Origin: Chiloscyllium plagiosum
Taxonomy: Eukaryota
NCBI RefSeq assembly: GCF_004010195.1
Contig: NC_057718.1
Span: 19,281,905-19,345,904 of the forward strand
Length of the DNA: 64,000 nt
Reading direction: 5' to 3'
Positions within the stretch are counted from its first letter, which is position 1. Each line of letters begins with the position of its first letter. Of this stretch, positions 1 to 12,130 are shown one piece after another. The translations under genes and the position numbers were made by a program. The notes under the pieces were generated by a model. The model was not told the DNA's origin, ran no database searches, and saw only the letters and a program-made list of their open reading frames with translations.

Positions 1-40
1 AAAAGCACTACGTGTAAATGACTGGGTAACTCTTACTCAC

Positions 41-199
41 CTGTGTTTCGAAGGGGACAAAGAGCACAGTCCATACCCCAGGCTTCTCCATACATACAGC
101 AGCACTCAGTGTAGGTGGTCCTCCGATCCACTAGGGGTGACCCACACACAACCTCACTGCTCACAGCCTGCCAGCACACATCCTCTTCAGTGGTTTGTT
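41..199 (-). CDS. LTBP1: LTBP1-like exon, N-terminal part of the last TB (8-Cys) domain; gene continues beyond position 1
   Basis: 159 nt; tttttcag / gtgagt; [53 protein letters not shown]. Confidence 0.94.
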
Positions 200-202
200 C
201 TG

Positions 203-1260
203 AAAAAGACCACAAGACCATCAGACATAGCAGCAGAAATAGGCCATTCAGCCCATCAAGTCTGCCGTGCCATTCAATATATCGTAGCAATAATCCTCAA
301 CTCCATTTGGCTGCCTTTTCCCTGTAACCCTTGGTTCCCTTATTGATTAAAGTTCTGTCTATCTCAGCCTTGAATATATTTAATGACCCAGTCTCAACAG
401 CCCTCTGCAGTAAAGAATTCCACAGATTTACTTCCCTCAGAGAGGAAATTCCTCCTCATCTCTCTCTTAAATATGTGACCCCTTATTCTGAGATTATGGC
501 CCCTAGTCCTAAACTCTCCCACAAGGGGAAACAACTTTTCTGCATCTACCCTGCCAAGTCTCTGAAGAATTTTGCATGTTTCAATAAGGTTGCCTCGCAT
601 TTTTCTATGTCCGAATGAGTACGGGCCCAGTCTACTCAAGCTCTCCTCACAAGACAGTCCCTCCATACCTAGTATCAGCTGAGTGAACTTTCTCTGGATT
701 GCCTCCAGTGCCAGTAAAACTTTCCTTGCTTAAGGAGACCAAAACTGTTCATAGAATTTGAGTTGAGATCTGACTGGGGCCTTTATAAAGACCTCCCCAA
801 TTTTATACTCCATCGCTTTGAAATAAAGGCCAACATTCCATTGACTTCCCTATTACCCGCTTAAACTGTTTGCTAGCTTTTTTAAAATGATTTATGCATG
901 AAGATGTCCAAATCCTCACGTGCTGCCTCTTTCTGCAGTCTTTCTCCATATAAATAACGTTCAGCTCCTCTACTCCTCCTGCCAAAGTGCTTAACCTCAC
1001 ATTTTCCCATATCTGCCAGGTTCTTGCCCACGCACTTAACCTCTACCCAACAGTTTGTACCATCCTCACCACTCACCTTCCCATCTACTTTTAGATTATT
1101 TTCAAACTTAGTGACAGTTCATTCACTTCCCTAATCAAAGTCAAAGCCTATATATATATATACATAATATAGTAAACAATTATGGCCCCAACACTGATCC
1201 CTGCTGCACACCACTAGTTACATACTGCCAAGCAGAAAATGCCCACGTTATCCCAACTTA
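203..1260 (-). mobile_element. CR1-clade LINE, decayed 3' fragment
   Basis: Minus-strand frames give CR1 RT C-terminal motifs (KCEVKHFGRR, RMRGNLIETCKIL-like, RTRGHNLRI) with frameshifts; boundaries approximate. Confidence 0.8.
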
Positions 1261-2115
1261 ATGTATAAGGTTAGGGAAGGATGTCATTCAATGTTGCATT
1301 GGCATCACCTTGTGGATATACATGTGTGCTCCATGGCTTCAGTCATTCGTGTTCATAGGGACATGAAGAAGAGGCCATTCGGCCCCTTCAGCTGATTCTG
1401 CCATTCAGTTAGATAATGGCTGATCTATAACTCATCCTGCTCAATTTCCTGACTTTTAATCCTCTCAAAAAACAATCAATAAATCTCAGATTTGTACTTT
1501 CAATTGATCCAGAATCTCCACAGTTTTCATTGGGATGGATGGAGTTCCAGGCCGACACTACATTCTGTGGAGTATTGTGAGCATCACACCCGCATTGTGC
1601 AGTTTATGCCCTTTTGTTCTGGCCTTCCCCAGAAGCAGGAAATTGTTTCTCACTATCTGCCATCAAATCTGTTAACCACCTTGAGCATCATTCTTTTGAA
1701 GGTCAGCAGGGAAAACGTGCTTGAAATGAGAAGCAACCCAGGGCACTGAAGTGACGCGATGTTGGTGGGAAAGCATCAAATGAGGGTCACATGTGCATTT
1801 TAAGTGTGAAGGAGCGATCCTTCACCAGTCGTTCTGACCGTGAATGAAAAAATATTTTCCTGTGTGTGTGGGCGGCAGTTCTCCGATAAATAAGTCCGAA
1901 AAATTAAAGAGGACTTTAAACTGAAAGATCTCAGACACCAAGACAATGGGTGTTTGTACAGCTGCTGCTTTTCTAGATCTTAGCAAACTTCAGATGAATG
2001 TACCACAGCAGTGCCTGGCCTCCCCCTCGCTACGATTCCCCCCCACCCCCACTCACTTTATGTGTTACTTTATGTAACACAGTTGGATATCGATTCCTGT
2101 CACATCTGAGCGTCT

Positions 2116-3040
2116 GTGGAGAGGGACAATGTGGGTACAGAAATCAGGAGGGAGGGCTGTGAGACTTTAACAAATTACTACCAAGAGGTTTTAATAGGCT
2201 TCAAATTTGATAAACATCTAGGCCCAGACAGGATGAATCCCAGGCTGTTATGGGAGGCAAGGGAGGAGATTCCTGTGACTCTGACATTCAAATCACCTCT
2301 GGCTACAGAAGAGGGGCCAGCACACTGGAGGACAGCTAACGTACCACTAGTTGAGAAGTGCAGTAGAGATAAACCAAGGAACTATAACTGAGGAGCAAAT
2401 TACTGCAGACACTGGAATCTACTGAAAACAACAAATGCTGGCGATCATGCGGGTCAGACAGTATCCATGGAGAGAGGGCAAACTAACGTTTTGAATCTAG
2501 GTGACTTTTTATCAGAGCTGAAGTGAAGTGTGAAGGGGGCAGCATTTATGTTATAGTTGGGATTGGTGATGGGGTGTAGAGTGTTGAGGAGAAAAGATGT
2601 TGATAGTTCAGATTAAATGATCAGAATATGAGCAGGGCAAGACAATGGAAAGGATGGATAGTCCCACTGGAGTAGGGGGAGGGGAGAGAGGACATAGTGA
2701 CAGAGAATATAACGAGTAAAGCTAAAAGACACAGAAGGAGTGGGGGTTGGATCACAGTTTGAAAGTGTTGAACCCAATATTAAGTCCAGAATGCTGCAAA
2801 GTGCGTAGTCGGAAGATGAGATGTTGTTCTTCCGATTTGCGCTGTGATTCCCTGTAAATCTGTGGTAGGTAAACATTTGGAAAATATTCTGAGGAATGGA
2901 ATTAATCACCATGTGGAGAAGCCAAGATGAGACAAGGATACTCAGCATGGCTTTCTCAGGGCGAGATTATATTTATCAGGTTTGGCTGGGTTTTTTGAGG
3001 TGGATTGATGAGTGCAGTTGACATGGTCTACATGGGCTTT
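2116..3040 (+). mobile_element. CR1 LINE internal fragment, interrupted by a Penelope-like element
   Basis: GPDRMNPRLLWEAREEI...WRTANVPL...DKPRNY, then resumes after about 2856 (SVVGK..., QHGF...). Confidence 0.75.
2392..2855 (-). mobile_element. Penelope-like retroelement 3' end: ORF C-terminus, 3' UTR and pLTR with degenerate hammerhead motif
   Basis: 2850->2752 translates ESQRKSEEQHLIFRLRTLQHSGLNIGFNTFKL*, resembling the end of the PLE GIY-YIG endonuclease; followed on the same strand by the terminal repeat family seen across the window. Confidence 0.75.
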
Positions 3041-3560
3041 TCTGTGGCTGTGAAGGGGTGGGGGGGAAAAGAGGAGTCCAGTTTTCCTTAAAGCTTTATG
3101 TGAAATGTTGCTTCAGTCAGAACAGGCTGCATATTGGATAAATGCAATTCTTCTTTCCTCTCCTCCCATCCAAATAACAAAAATGTGCATTTTTATAGCA
3201 CATTTAACATGGTGAAACATCCCAAGGTCCTTCTGTTATCAGACAGGGGTTTGATGCTGAGACACAGAAAGAATTGAATTAACTTATTGTCTCATGTAAT
3301 GAAATGAGTACAGTGAAACTTATATAAGATACCACTTACAACGTTATCTTAGAAACAAAGCTACAGAATAGAGAAATGAAGAATAAAGGGGTACATTATG
3401 GATATTAGGACAAAGAGGTCGGTTTTAAGTAGATTAATGTCAATGTCATTCAAGCCTCTTTTAACATAAAGAGCATCTGATATAATCTGCAGTATAAAAA
3501 TGAACATATATCATTGCAACCACGCCAACTATAGCAGCTGCTCCTGCCACTGGGACTTAC

Positions 3561-3701
3561 CACTAGTTTCTGAAGGCTCAATGCAACGTTTCCCTGAAGA
3601 GTCGAGGATCATTGGGTATGTGCAGAAACAGTTGTATGAGCCATCAGTGTTGATGCATTGACCACCGATACAATTTGATGGATCCTGACACTCGTCGATA
3701 T
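3561..3701 (-). CDS. LTBP1: LTBP1-like exon, duplicated cbEGF copy B
   Basis: 141 nt; tttcttag / gtaagt; [47 protein letters not shown]. Confidence 0.94.
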
Positions 3702-4410
3702 CTAAGAAATAAAATGAAATACTGCACTGTCTGACATCATGCACAGAAACAGTGGAAAGTTGGGCAGCAGAGGAGTGCGACAGATCAAAAATGAAACAAA
3801 TCCCAGTACCAAACTTCAGGTACTGCTTCAGAAACGCTTCAATTCCAAATGAGACCATCTTTACAGAGGGCATTTAAAATACAACAAAAAGTGGAGGGTT
3901 TTTTTGTACATAATGATTTTCACAAGAGGAACTGAGGAACAGCACCCAGGATCAATGAATTGTCATAATAACACAGATTCTGAGCTTAGACGGGTCAGGT
4001 ACAGGGAACACTCCCAAATTTCCTTTAGCAAGAAACATGATTCAGTGAGTGTACGACTTGATCATACCATTGATCTTATGTCTGTTACATCTAGGGAACC
4101 CAGGCAATCTGAAATAAACCAGAGAAACATCCCTCCTTGTCTTTACTGAATCACAGCATGAGACAGCAACAGAAGCAAGTTCCACACCCCAGATGCAAAC
4201 TCTTTGATAGAGCTGTCAATTTAGTCCCATTCCTCTGCTCTTTCACTTTTCTTTTCAAGTATTTCTTCAATTCTCTTTCATTCATTCATCCATCCTAAGA
4301 CATTAAGACATAGGAGCAGAAATTAGGCCATTCAGCCCATCGAGTCTGCTCCACCAATCAATCATGGGATACAGGGAGAAAGTGGGAGAATAAGGTTGAG
4401 AAACTTAAGA

Positions 4411-4620
4411 TAAAAGCAAATTATTGCGGATGCTGGAATCTGAAACCAAAAGGGAAAATGCTAGAAAATCTCAGCAGGTCTGGCAGCATCTGTAAGGAGA
4501 GAAAAGAGCTGACATTTCGAGACTAACTGACCCTTTGTCAAAGTTAGACTCAAAATGTCAGCTCTTTACTCTCCTTACAGATGCTGCCAGACCTGCTGAG
4601 ATTTTCCAGCATTTTCTCTT
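4411..4620. mobile_element. Short fold-back Penelope-like insert
   Basis: Long inverted arms (gaaaatctcagcaggtctggcagcatctgtaaggaga vs its reverse complement); 15-bp TSD ttgagaaacttaaga at 4396-4410 and 4621-4635. Confidence 0.75.
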
Positions 4621-5232
4621 TTGAGAAACTTAAGAACCTATTTATCTCAGTCTTAAATATATTCAATGACCTGGCCTCCACAGCCTTCTGTGCAGTGTAT
4701 TCCTTAGATTCACCACTCTCTGGCTGAAGAAGTATTTCCTTATCTCTGTTCTAAAAGGTCTTCCTTTTACTCTAAGTTTATGTCCTCAGGTCTCTCCTAC
4801 CTAAGTGGCAAGCAATCTGGCAGTTGTTCGTTCTGGTCAGAAAGGGTCTAGCACCATCCCATGTGATTTTGGACCTTCCCACAGGTGAAATGTCAGTGAC
4901 CAGAGAGGGTATAATTTGCAAAAATCTGATGGGAACGATGTCAGAATACTGAAGTAGTCAATGTCCATATGCAGTAAGATCAGAACAATGTCCAGCTCGG
5001 CCTGATAAATGGTAAATAACCTTGGCACCCCACAAATGCAATGTAATGACCAACTCAAACAAGACAGAAGCTAACCATTAAAAAAAAACAAAGAACTGCA
5101 GAGACAATCAAAAACAGCAACTGCTGGAGATGCTCAGCCAGGCTGGCAGCATCTGAGGAGAGGAGAACACAGTTACCATTTCGAGTCCAGTGACCCATTT
5201 CAGAACAGTTCTGAAGCAGGTTCACAGGACTT

Positions 5233-5567
5233 GGTGGCTCAATGGTTAGCACTGCTGCCTCACAGCGCCAGGGACCCGGGTTCAATTCCAGCCTCACGCG
5301 ACTGTCCATGTGGAGTTTGCACATTCTCTCCGTGTCTGCGTGGGTTTCCTCTGGGTGGTCTAGTTGCCTCCCACAATCCAAAGATATACAGGTTAGGTGA
5401 ATTGGCCATGCTAAATTGTCCACAGTATTCAGTGAGGTGTAGGTTGGGTGCATTATTCAAGGGTTAAATGTAGGGGAATGGGTCTGGGTGGTTTACTCTT
5501 TGGAGGGTCAGTGTGAACTTGTTGGGCCAAAGGGTCCGTTTCCACACCGTGGGGATTCTGTGATTCT
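5233..5567 (+). mobile_element. tRNA-derived V-SINE (HE1-like), nested in a Penelope-like fold-back insert (about 5085-5615)
   Basis: A/B-box-like head, tgtggagtttgcacattct...gtgggtttcc core, CR1-type tail; TSD aggactt at 5226-5232 and 5568-5574. Confidence 0.85.
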
Positions 5568-5854
5568 AGGACTTGAAACATTGTTCTTGGTTTCTCTCCA
5601 CAGACGCTGCCAGAATCTAACCAATTCCCCTTGATACTCAACAGCGTTACCATCACTGACATTGAAAATTCTGGGCCATAATTTCCACTATTTCTTCAGG
5701 GTTTCCACAGATGTCTGGTGGTCATTCTAAAAGGATGATCTGTAGAACCCCACAGAAATGCAACCCCAATGCACTGTAAGCCACATCCCTATAAGCTATA
5801 TTTTATTCAAGTCTCTCGCCATGTAATGTTTCCATAGTAACAGCGGGAACATAC

Positions 5855-5995
5855 CGTCAGAATCTAAGGGGTTCGTGCAGCGTTTCCCTGAAGCATCCAG
5901 GACCATTGGGAGGGTGCAGAAACAGTTGTACGAGCCTTCAGTGTTAAGGCATTGCCCATTTATGCAACTCGCTACATCCTGGCATTCGTCGATAT
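5855..5995 (-). CDS. LTBP1: LTBP1-like exon, duplicated cbEGF copy A (absent from the ORF track)
   Basis: 141 nt; ttttttacaccag / gtatgt; [47 protein letters not shown]; no stops, all 6 Cys; 32/47 aa identical to exon 3561-3701. Confidence 0.88.
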
Positions 5996-6439
5996 CTGGT
6001 GTAAAAAATATTGTTTATATGTTACAGTCTGGCTCTAGAGGAAAAGCACAGCATGGTGACAGTTTCGCATCAATTATCTCCTGAACCTGGGAGGAAGGGC
6101 GAGGAGAGTCCATACCATCTATGTAGCTCAGCTCTAATGGGAGTGCAGGAACTGAGAGAGACCTCGGGAGGAGAGTATAAGACAAACACTTCATTTAGAA
6201 CTAAGCAATAAATGCCACCCTTGCCATTCATGAAGGCGTAATGAAGCAGTAAACATGTTCATAGATTTAAGTGACAATTGTAGAGTGTGATGTGATCATC
6301 ATTCCCTGATGTGATCTCACATGGACGATCTTTGTTACTCACAGCAATGAGAGAGCTGTCCATTTATTTAACTTTTCAGGAGGTGCAATAATATATCAGT
6401 TCTGTTTGCTGAACAAGGAATAACTCTTCTTAAAAAAAA

Positions 6440-6763
6440 TTATTCATGGACCGAGGGCATCTCTGGCTAGGCCAGCATTTAGTGCCCATCCCTAATTGCC
6501 CAGAGGGCAGTTAAGAGTTAACCACATTGCTGTGGGTCTGAAGTTACATGAGGTAAAGTTGAGGTAAAGTTGGCAGTTTCCTTCCCTAAAAGACATTAGC
6601 GAATCCATTGGCAACAGTTTCATGGTCATCATTAGACTCTTATTTTTTAAAAAAATTGAATCCCGCTATCTGCCATGGCGGGATTTGAACCTGGGTCCCC
6701 AGGGCACTGCTTGGGTCTCTGGATTCATAGTCTGGCGATACCATCACAAGGCCAATGCCTCCT
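6440..6763 (-). mobile_element. Second tRNA-derived SINE family (related copies at about 9470-9790, 16400-16700, 30385-30665, 30780-31115, 45865-46190)
   Basis: Minus strand begins ggaggcattggccttgtg...ggttcaaatcccgcc (B box); shared core gagggcagttaagagttaaccacattgctg recurs in the other copies. Confidence 0.7.
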
Positions 6764-8088
6764 AAACTGATAGAAACCTCGCAAAATGTGGACCTGAGGG
6801 TGGAGCACAGAGCAAGACAAACACTAAATTGTCGATGGCACTCACCCTGTCAAGTAGCAGAGTGTTAGGGCTCCCAATCGAGACACTGGGCAAATGCTAC
6901 CAACTAGCTGTGCCCTACTCTGATCACTGCCATTGGGATTGGGAGAAAACTACGCAGGCCTGGAGTTTAACACAAGGCTGACTTGGTGCTTACAAATGAA
7001 AGAAGCAAATAAAACTCTCACTATATCTCAAAGAAATTCCACTCTAAATCCAATAGCCTCTTACGACCCCCAAAAACATCCATTTCTCTCACCTCTTTAT
7101 AACTGATGTGTACTTCCAGCTTTCTGTGCTATTGACTGTGTTCTTTCACTATTGTGCCTCTGAACAGTTACAGTCAAGGCTTCACAATAGCAGAAAAGAA
7201 TAAATAAATTGTTTCCACTACTATGTTTACCTCTTTATTATTACTTTGTACACAGCTCAAAATTGTACATTATCAATGCCATAAATGTCTCAGATGTGTA
7301 TTTGACTCATTTCTCAAATTATGGTGAAAGTAACATTATCTTACTAAAATAATCGGGCAAATGTTGTACAAGTTAGGGAGAGTGCCATTTACACTGGCCA
7401 ACAGCCTCAGCAAAACTGCTGGGAAAATCAGCAAGAGACTGACCAGAAAGTCAGGCAGTCCAGAGGTCGATAGTTAGGCCCGAGGACTATGTTAATCAAG
7501 AGTCTAGCATGGGAATGGGAGAGACAGCGAGACTGAGAGTCAGAGAGTGAGACAAAGAGAGAAATGGCAGTGGTGAGTTCTACAGCAGAAAGGGAGGAAG
7601 ACTGGGGAAGGGTTTCAGGAAACAAAGCTGATGTAATAGGGTTTGAGTCTGCATGAGTAAATGAACTCCCCACCTCTGAGGAAAGTGCTTCACTTCCCTG
7701 AGGAACTGACTATGTAAGAGATTTCAGGTTGGCAAGGGCAGAGTATCCATTCCATTTTAACTGTTCAATATCAGTGTGCATTCTAAGTATATACGTCTAC
7801 TCTAACTTCTTAGAAACATCAAAATGAAGAGCAAGAATAGGCTATTCAGCCCTTCAAACCTGCTCTGCCATTCAATATAATCATGGCTTATCCTGTATCA
7901 GAACAATATCCCTGCTTTCTACACATATCCCTCAAAGCCTTTGTTATCTTTAACACTTCCGTTCTTTATAAAAATCCCATTTCCTTCATCCCTCTCCTTG
8001 ATCCATCGCTCTTTCATTAATTGGTGACCGAAGCATAACATGGCCACATTTGTGCTTAGTTTTTAATGTTACTATGAAGTAAACTTAC

Positions 8089-8217
8089 CAAGACATTGCA
8101 GTTTGACTGGATCATAATACAAGCCTTGTCTGCAGTAACATTCAAAGCTGGGCTGTGTGTTCAGGCAAAAGCCATCCTTACAGATCTCTTGTCCAAATAA
8201 AACACATTCATCAGCAT
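8089..8217 (-). CDS. LTBP1: LTBP1-like exon, first cbEGF after TB3
   Basis: 129 nt; tcacag / gtaagt; [43 protein letters not shown]. Confidence 0.95.
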
Positions 8218-8391
8218 CTGTGAACAAAAAAAGTATGTTTTTTAATGTAATAAACTGACCGCAAGATAACATCTGACTTTAATCAAACTAGAATGCAGTG
8301 CATTCTGAAACATTCCCTCACAATCAGCCATCACTTGCCTTGGCACTGGTACTGCAGCCAACAGCAGTTCCATACAACACAGATGTTTTAT

Positions 8392-8615
8392 AAAAGCAAA
8401 GTACTGCAGATGCTAAACATCTGAAATAAAAACAGAAAGTGCTAGAAGGATGCAGCTCAACTGGCAGCATCTGTGGAGAAAGAAGGAAAGAGATAATATT
8501 CTGAGTCCATTATTCAGAAGTTTTGGAGAATATTAAAATTGGACTCAAATCTGTTTGTCTCTCTACAGATGCTGCCAGACCTCTGCGTTTCTCCAGCACT
8601 TTCAGTCTTTATTTA
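8392..8615. mobile_element. Short fold-back Penelope-like insert
   Basis: gcagatgct...ggcagcatctgtggaga / tctctacagatgctgccag inverted arms, same family as 4411-4620. Confidence 0.65.
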
Positions 8616-8889
8616 TGTTGTTTGATTTCAGAAAGCTAGTTAATGGAAGATGTAATTGGAGCCAATAGTTATTCGGTCTCACATTTATTTACAGAGTGAG
8701 ATATTGCAAGCACCTCCTAACTCAATCATGCCACAGTTTCAATTAGTTCTATTTATGTGCGCTCAAATGAAATCCATATTAATATCCTCCACATGCATAT
8801 AATCAAACACAATTGATAAACATTTAACTACAATAGCCTTTGAAGCACAAGAGTGCATAGTCTTTCAAATTAACAACTGACACACTTAA

Positions 8890-9250
8890 TAGAGTCATAG
8901 AGTCATACAGCACAGAAACAGATCCTTCGGTCCAACCAGTCCATGCCGACGATAATCCCAAACTAAACTAGTCCCAACTGCCTCCAAACATTTCTTCTGT
9001 ATGCACTTATCTAAACATCTTTTAGACATTGTGACTGTATCCACATACAGCGCTTCCTCTGAAAATGCGTTCCACACGCAAACAGCTCTCTGTGTAAAAA
9101 GGTTGTCCCTCATGTCTTTTTTAAATCTTTTTCCTTTCACCTTAAAAATATGCCCCCTCGTCTTGAAATCCCTGACCCTAGGGAAAACAAAATCTGCCAT
9201 TCACCTTACCTACACCTCTCATGATTTAATAAACCTCTGTAAGGTTACCC
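8890..9250 (-). mobile_element. CR1 LINE 3' end (HER1-like) with octamer tail
   Basis: FPRVRDFKTRGHIFKV...; (agagtcat)n on + strand is the tail. Confidence 0.85.
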
Positions 9251-11519
9251 TCATTATTACAGCTCAGAAGATTAAGAGGAGAATTAGTAGAACATCTGAA
9301 ATCATTTGAAAGGCTTTGGTGAGGTAAATGATGAGAAACATTTCCATTAGTTTGATGAGTTGATGTACAAAGAGGATTAACGTCAACAACAAAGCAAAAA
9401 ATGTGAGGTGTTGGCAACTCTGGCAAGACCAACTCCTGGCCCTTCTTAACTGTTGATAAGAACATTGTGGTAGGTCACTACCACCTTCTTGATGACTGAA
9501 TGACTTACTGTGCCATTTCAGAGGGCAGCTAAGAGTTAACCATTTTGTTGTGGTTCCAGAGACACATGTAGGGCAGACTGAATGAGGCCACAAGATTCCC
9601 TTTCGTAAATATACGACCAAACCAGATGTGCTTTTCCAACAACCTAGTTGTTTCACCTTTACCGTTTATTGATCCTAGCTTTTTTAATTTTGGATTCATT
9701 TATTTAATTGAATTCAAATTTCCCAGTTACCACAGTGGGATTAGTTTCCAGATTACTTGTCCACTTGTATAATCATTATGCTACCATTTCTCTGAGTCAC
9801 TGTCCATAGAGAGTTGCTAAAACATGGACTCGCCTCCCACAATTAAGGAAGCTGACTCTGTGATTGCTTTTAAAGGAGATATGGAAAGACAAATGATAAA
9901 TGTTGGAAGCTGACACCAGAGAGATGAGCAGCAGTTTTGTTTTTGATTGAGTTCTTAGCTGCAATCCTCTCAACAAAATCAGCTTCATTTAAAAACAGAT
10001 GCAAACTCTTTCAGGAAATAAAAAAAATGCCTAGGTCTTTGGTTCTGAATGGCATTGGTAAATCTAATGATCGGTCGACTCTGCAGGAAGTGTAAATGTG
10101 TCCAGAGACCCACAGGGCTTCTCTCTCATTGGACGGAGACAACTAGTGGTGATTTTAACCTGAGGGCCACCATGCCTGAGAAGGCGTGACCTTCATGCTG
10201 ACCTCAGCCAGTATTGAATCTGCGCTGCTGACATCACAACCCAGCCATCCAGCTAACTAAGCTAAGCATAGCGGCAAGTAGATACACGGATTGGTAATTA
10301 TGGCAGCAGTCTACAGGGCAAGTTATAGATTGCCAGTGACTGAGATGAGGTCATTTGAACCTCAAAGGGACATCATCCCAGCTGTTGTACAAGTTTCCCC
10401 CAAGTACAACACAGATTCTCGAGCCATCGCTAATGGGGAAAACCTGGTGGTACTGGCAGAAGACTGAGAACCTTGAGTGATAATGGTTACCTGCAGCAGA
10501 AATATCTTTTGGGGAGAGGTCTTGTGTTTCCTTTAAGCACATGTGGAAAGTAACAGCGAATGACCTGATGCATTCTTTCCCTTGTCAGATAACTCATAGC
10601 TCACCGAAGTTCAAAATGACAGGTTTCCATGAGCAACAGAAGGGAAAAGTGTGAAGACAGCAGGGTTAGACTGATCACTATTACACACACACAGGCTTAG
10701 GAAGAGACTGGTTGGTACTGGGACGGGAAGAGACTGATAACTATTGGGACAGGAATTGGTATGTATAGGGAGAGGCAATGACTGCTCGCTGTAGCGATTG
10801 GTAAAGAATGATAACAACAGAAACCGGCAGAGGTGGGTAACTATTGAGACTGTCAGTGATTGATAATTATAGGGACCAGTAAAGGCACAGATACATGCTG
10901 TTTAACCTGCCCTTCTGCTTCTTATAACAAGATAGAGTAATTTGCTTGCATTGTGGCAACAGAATTACAACACATCTTAGAACAAACAGTGAGTGTAGGC
11001 TATATTTTGCCCACTGAAGTTAACCCAAATGTTGAAGTCGCACTTACACAGAAGTATTAGGATAGAACATGATAATCCCAGCTAAATGTAGTTACTCCCG
11101 TCTCTGTTGCCAGTCTCCACAGACCAAACATGTTGTGCAGCTGGTCCAATTCCGGGCTTTCAACAATGAAATTTGGAGACAGGTGCCGAGAGACAAATGG
11201 CCTGGGGATAGCCCCCTCCTTTCAGCCTTCCAGTCGAAATGTTCAAACATTCGATTTTGGGTGATCATGGAGCATGGGTTTTAAAATGCCTGCACATTAT
11301 AGATCTTGACCAATTTTCATTCCCATGGACTTCAATGGAAATGAAAGGTGAATAATAGGGCGGCTGAACCATTTGTGATTCACCCCCTTTGCCCTCTGTA
11401 CAAATTAGCCCTGAATTCGGTTTCTCGATCCCAGCAGTACTGCTGAGATTGGTAAGACAGAAACTCCAACTTAATATACCCAACAAAGTGCAAAGTTCTG
11501 TGAGCTCTGTGCTGACAAC

Positions 11520-12130
11520 AACATACATTTACGTGGTGACTTTAAAGCAATAAACATCTCAAGGCAGTTTCAGCAGTGTGTCATAGAGCCAGATGTGACA
11601 GCAAGGCATATAAGGTAATATTACAGGAGATGGTCCAAACCTCAAGCAAGGAAGTGTGATTGAAAGGAGATGAGTGAGGTGGCATGTTGGGAGGATATAG
11701 GGAGGGAATTCCAAAGCTTCAGGACAAGCCACCTGAAGGTACAGCCCACACTGATGGGTAACATCAGGGATAATCAAGAGCCAAAGTTCAAACAATACTG
11801 GCACCTCAGAGGGTTGTCAGGCTGGAAGACAACACAGAGATGCAGGTGAGGGGTGGAGGAATTTGAAATTAATGGTTAGAATTTGTAGGTCAGGGAGCAC
11901 AGGAGTGAAGTGATCAGGTCTTGGTACAAGTGAGGCATGGGCAGCAGGGTTCAGCTGATGGAGGAGGTAAGCCTAGCGTGCTCTGGAATAGTCAAATATA
12001 CAAGTTTGTAAAAACTGGAAAAAGGTTTCAGCAGCAGATGGGCTTGGCAGGGTCAAAGTGAGTGGTATTACAGAGATGGTCTGTATGATGGTACATGGTA
12101 GGAGGATCACCTTGGGGGTCAAAGTTGAGT
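11520..12130 (-). mobile_element. Old L2-like LINE 3' fragment
   Basis: Purine-rich decayed sequence with ggagggaattccaaagc and an L2-like 3' terminus; recognised by eye only. Confidence 0.5.

Noticed and set aside
3561..5995. Assembly or haplotype artefact as the explanation for the duplicated exon
   Set aside because: 15 amino-acid and 11 synonymous codon differences and unrelated flanks are far beyond allelic divergence
5875..6084. 69-aa + strand ORF
   Set aside because: Antisense shadow of the real minus-strand exon 5855-5995
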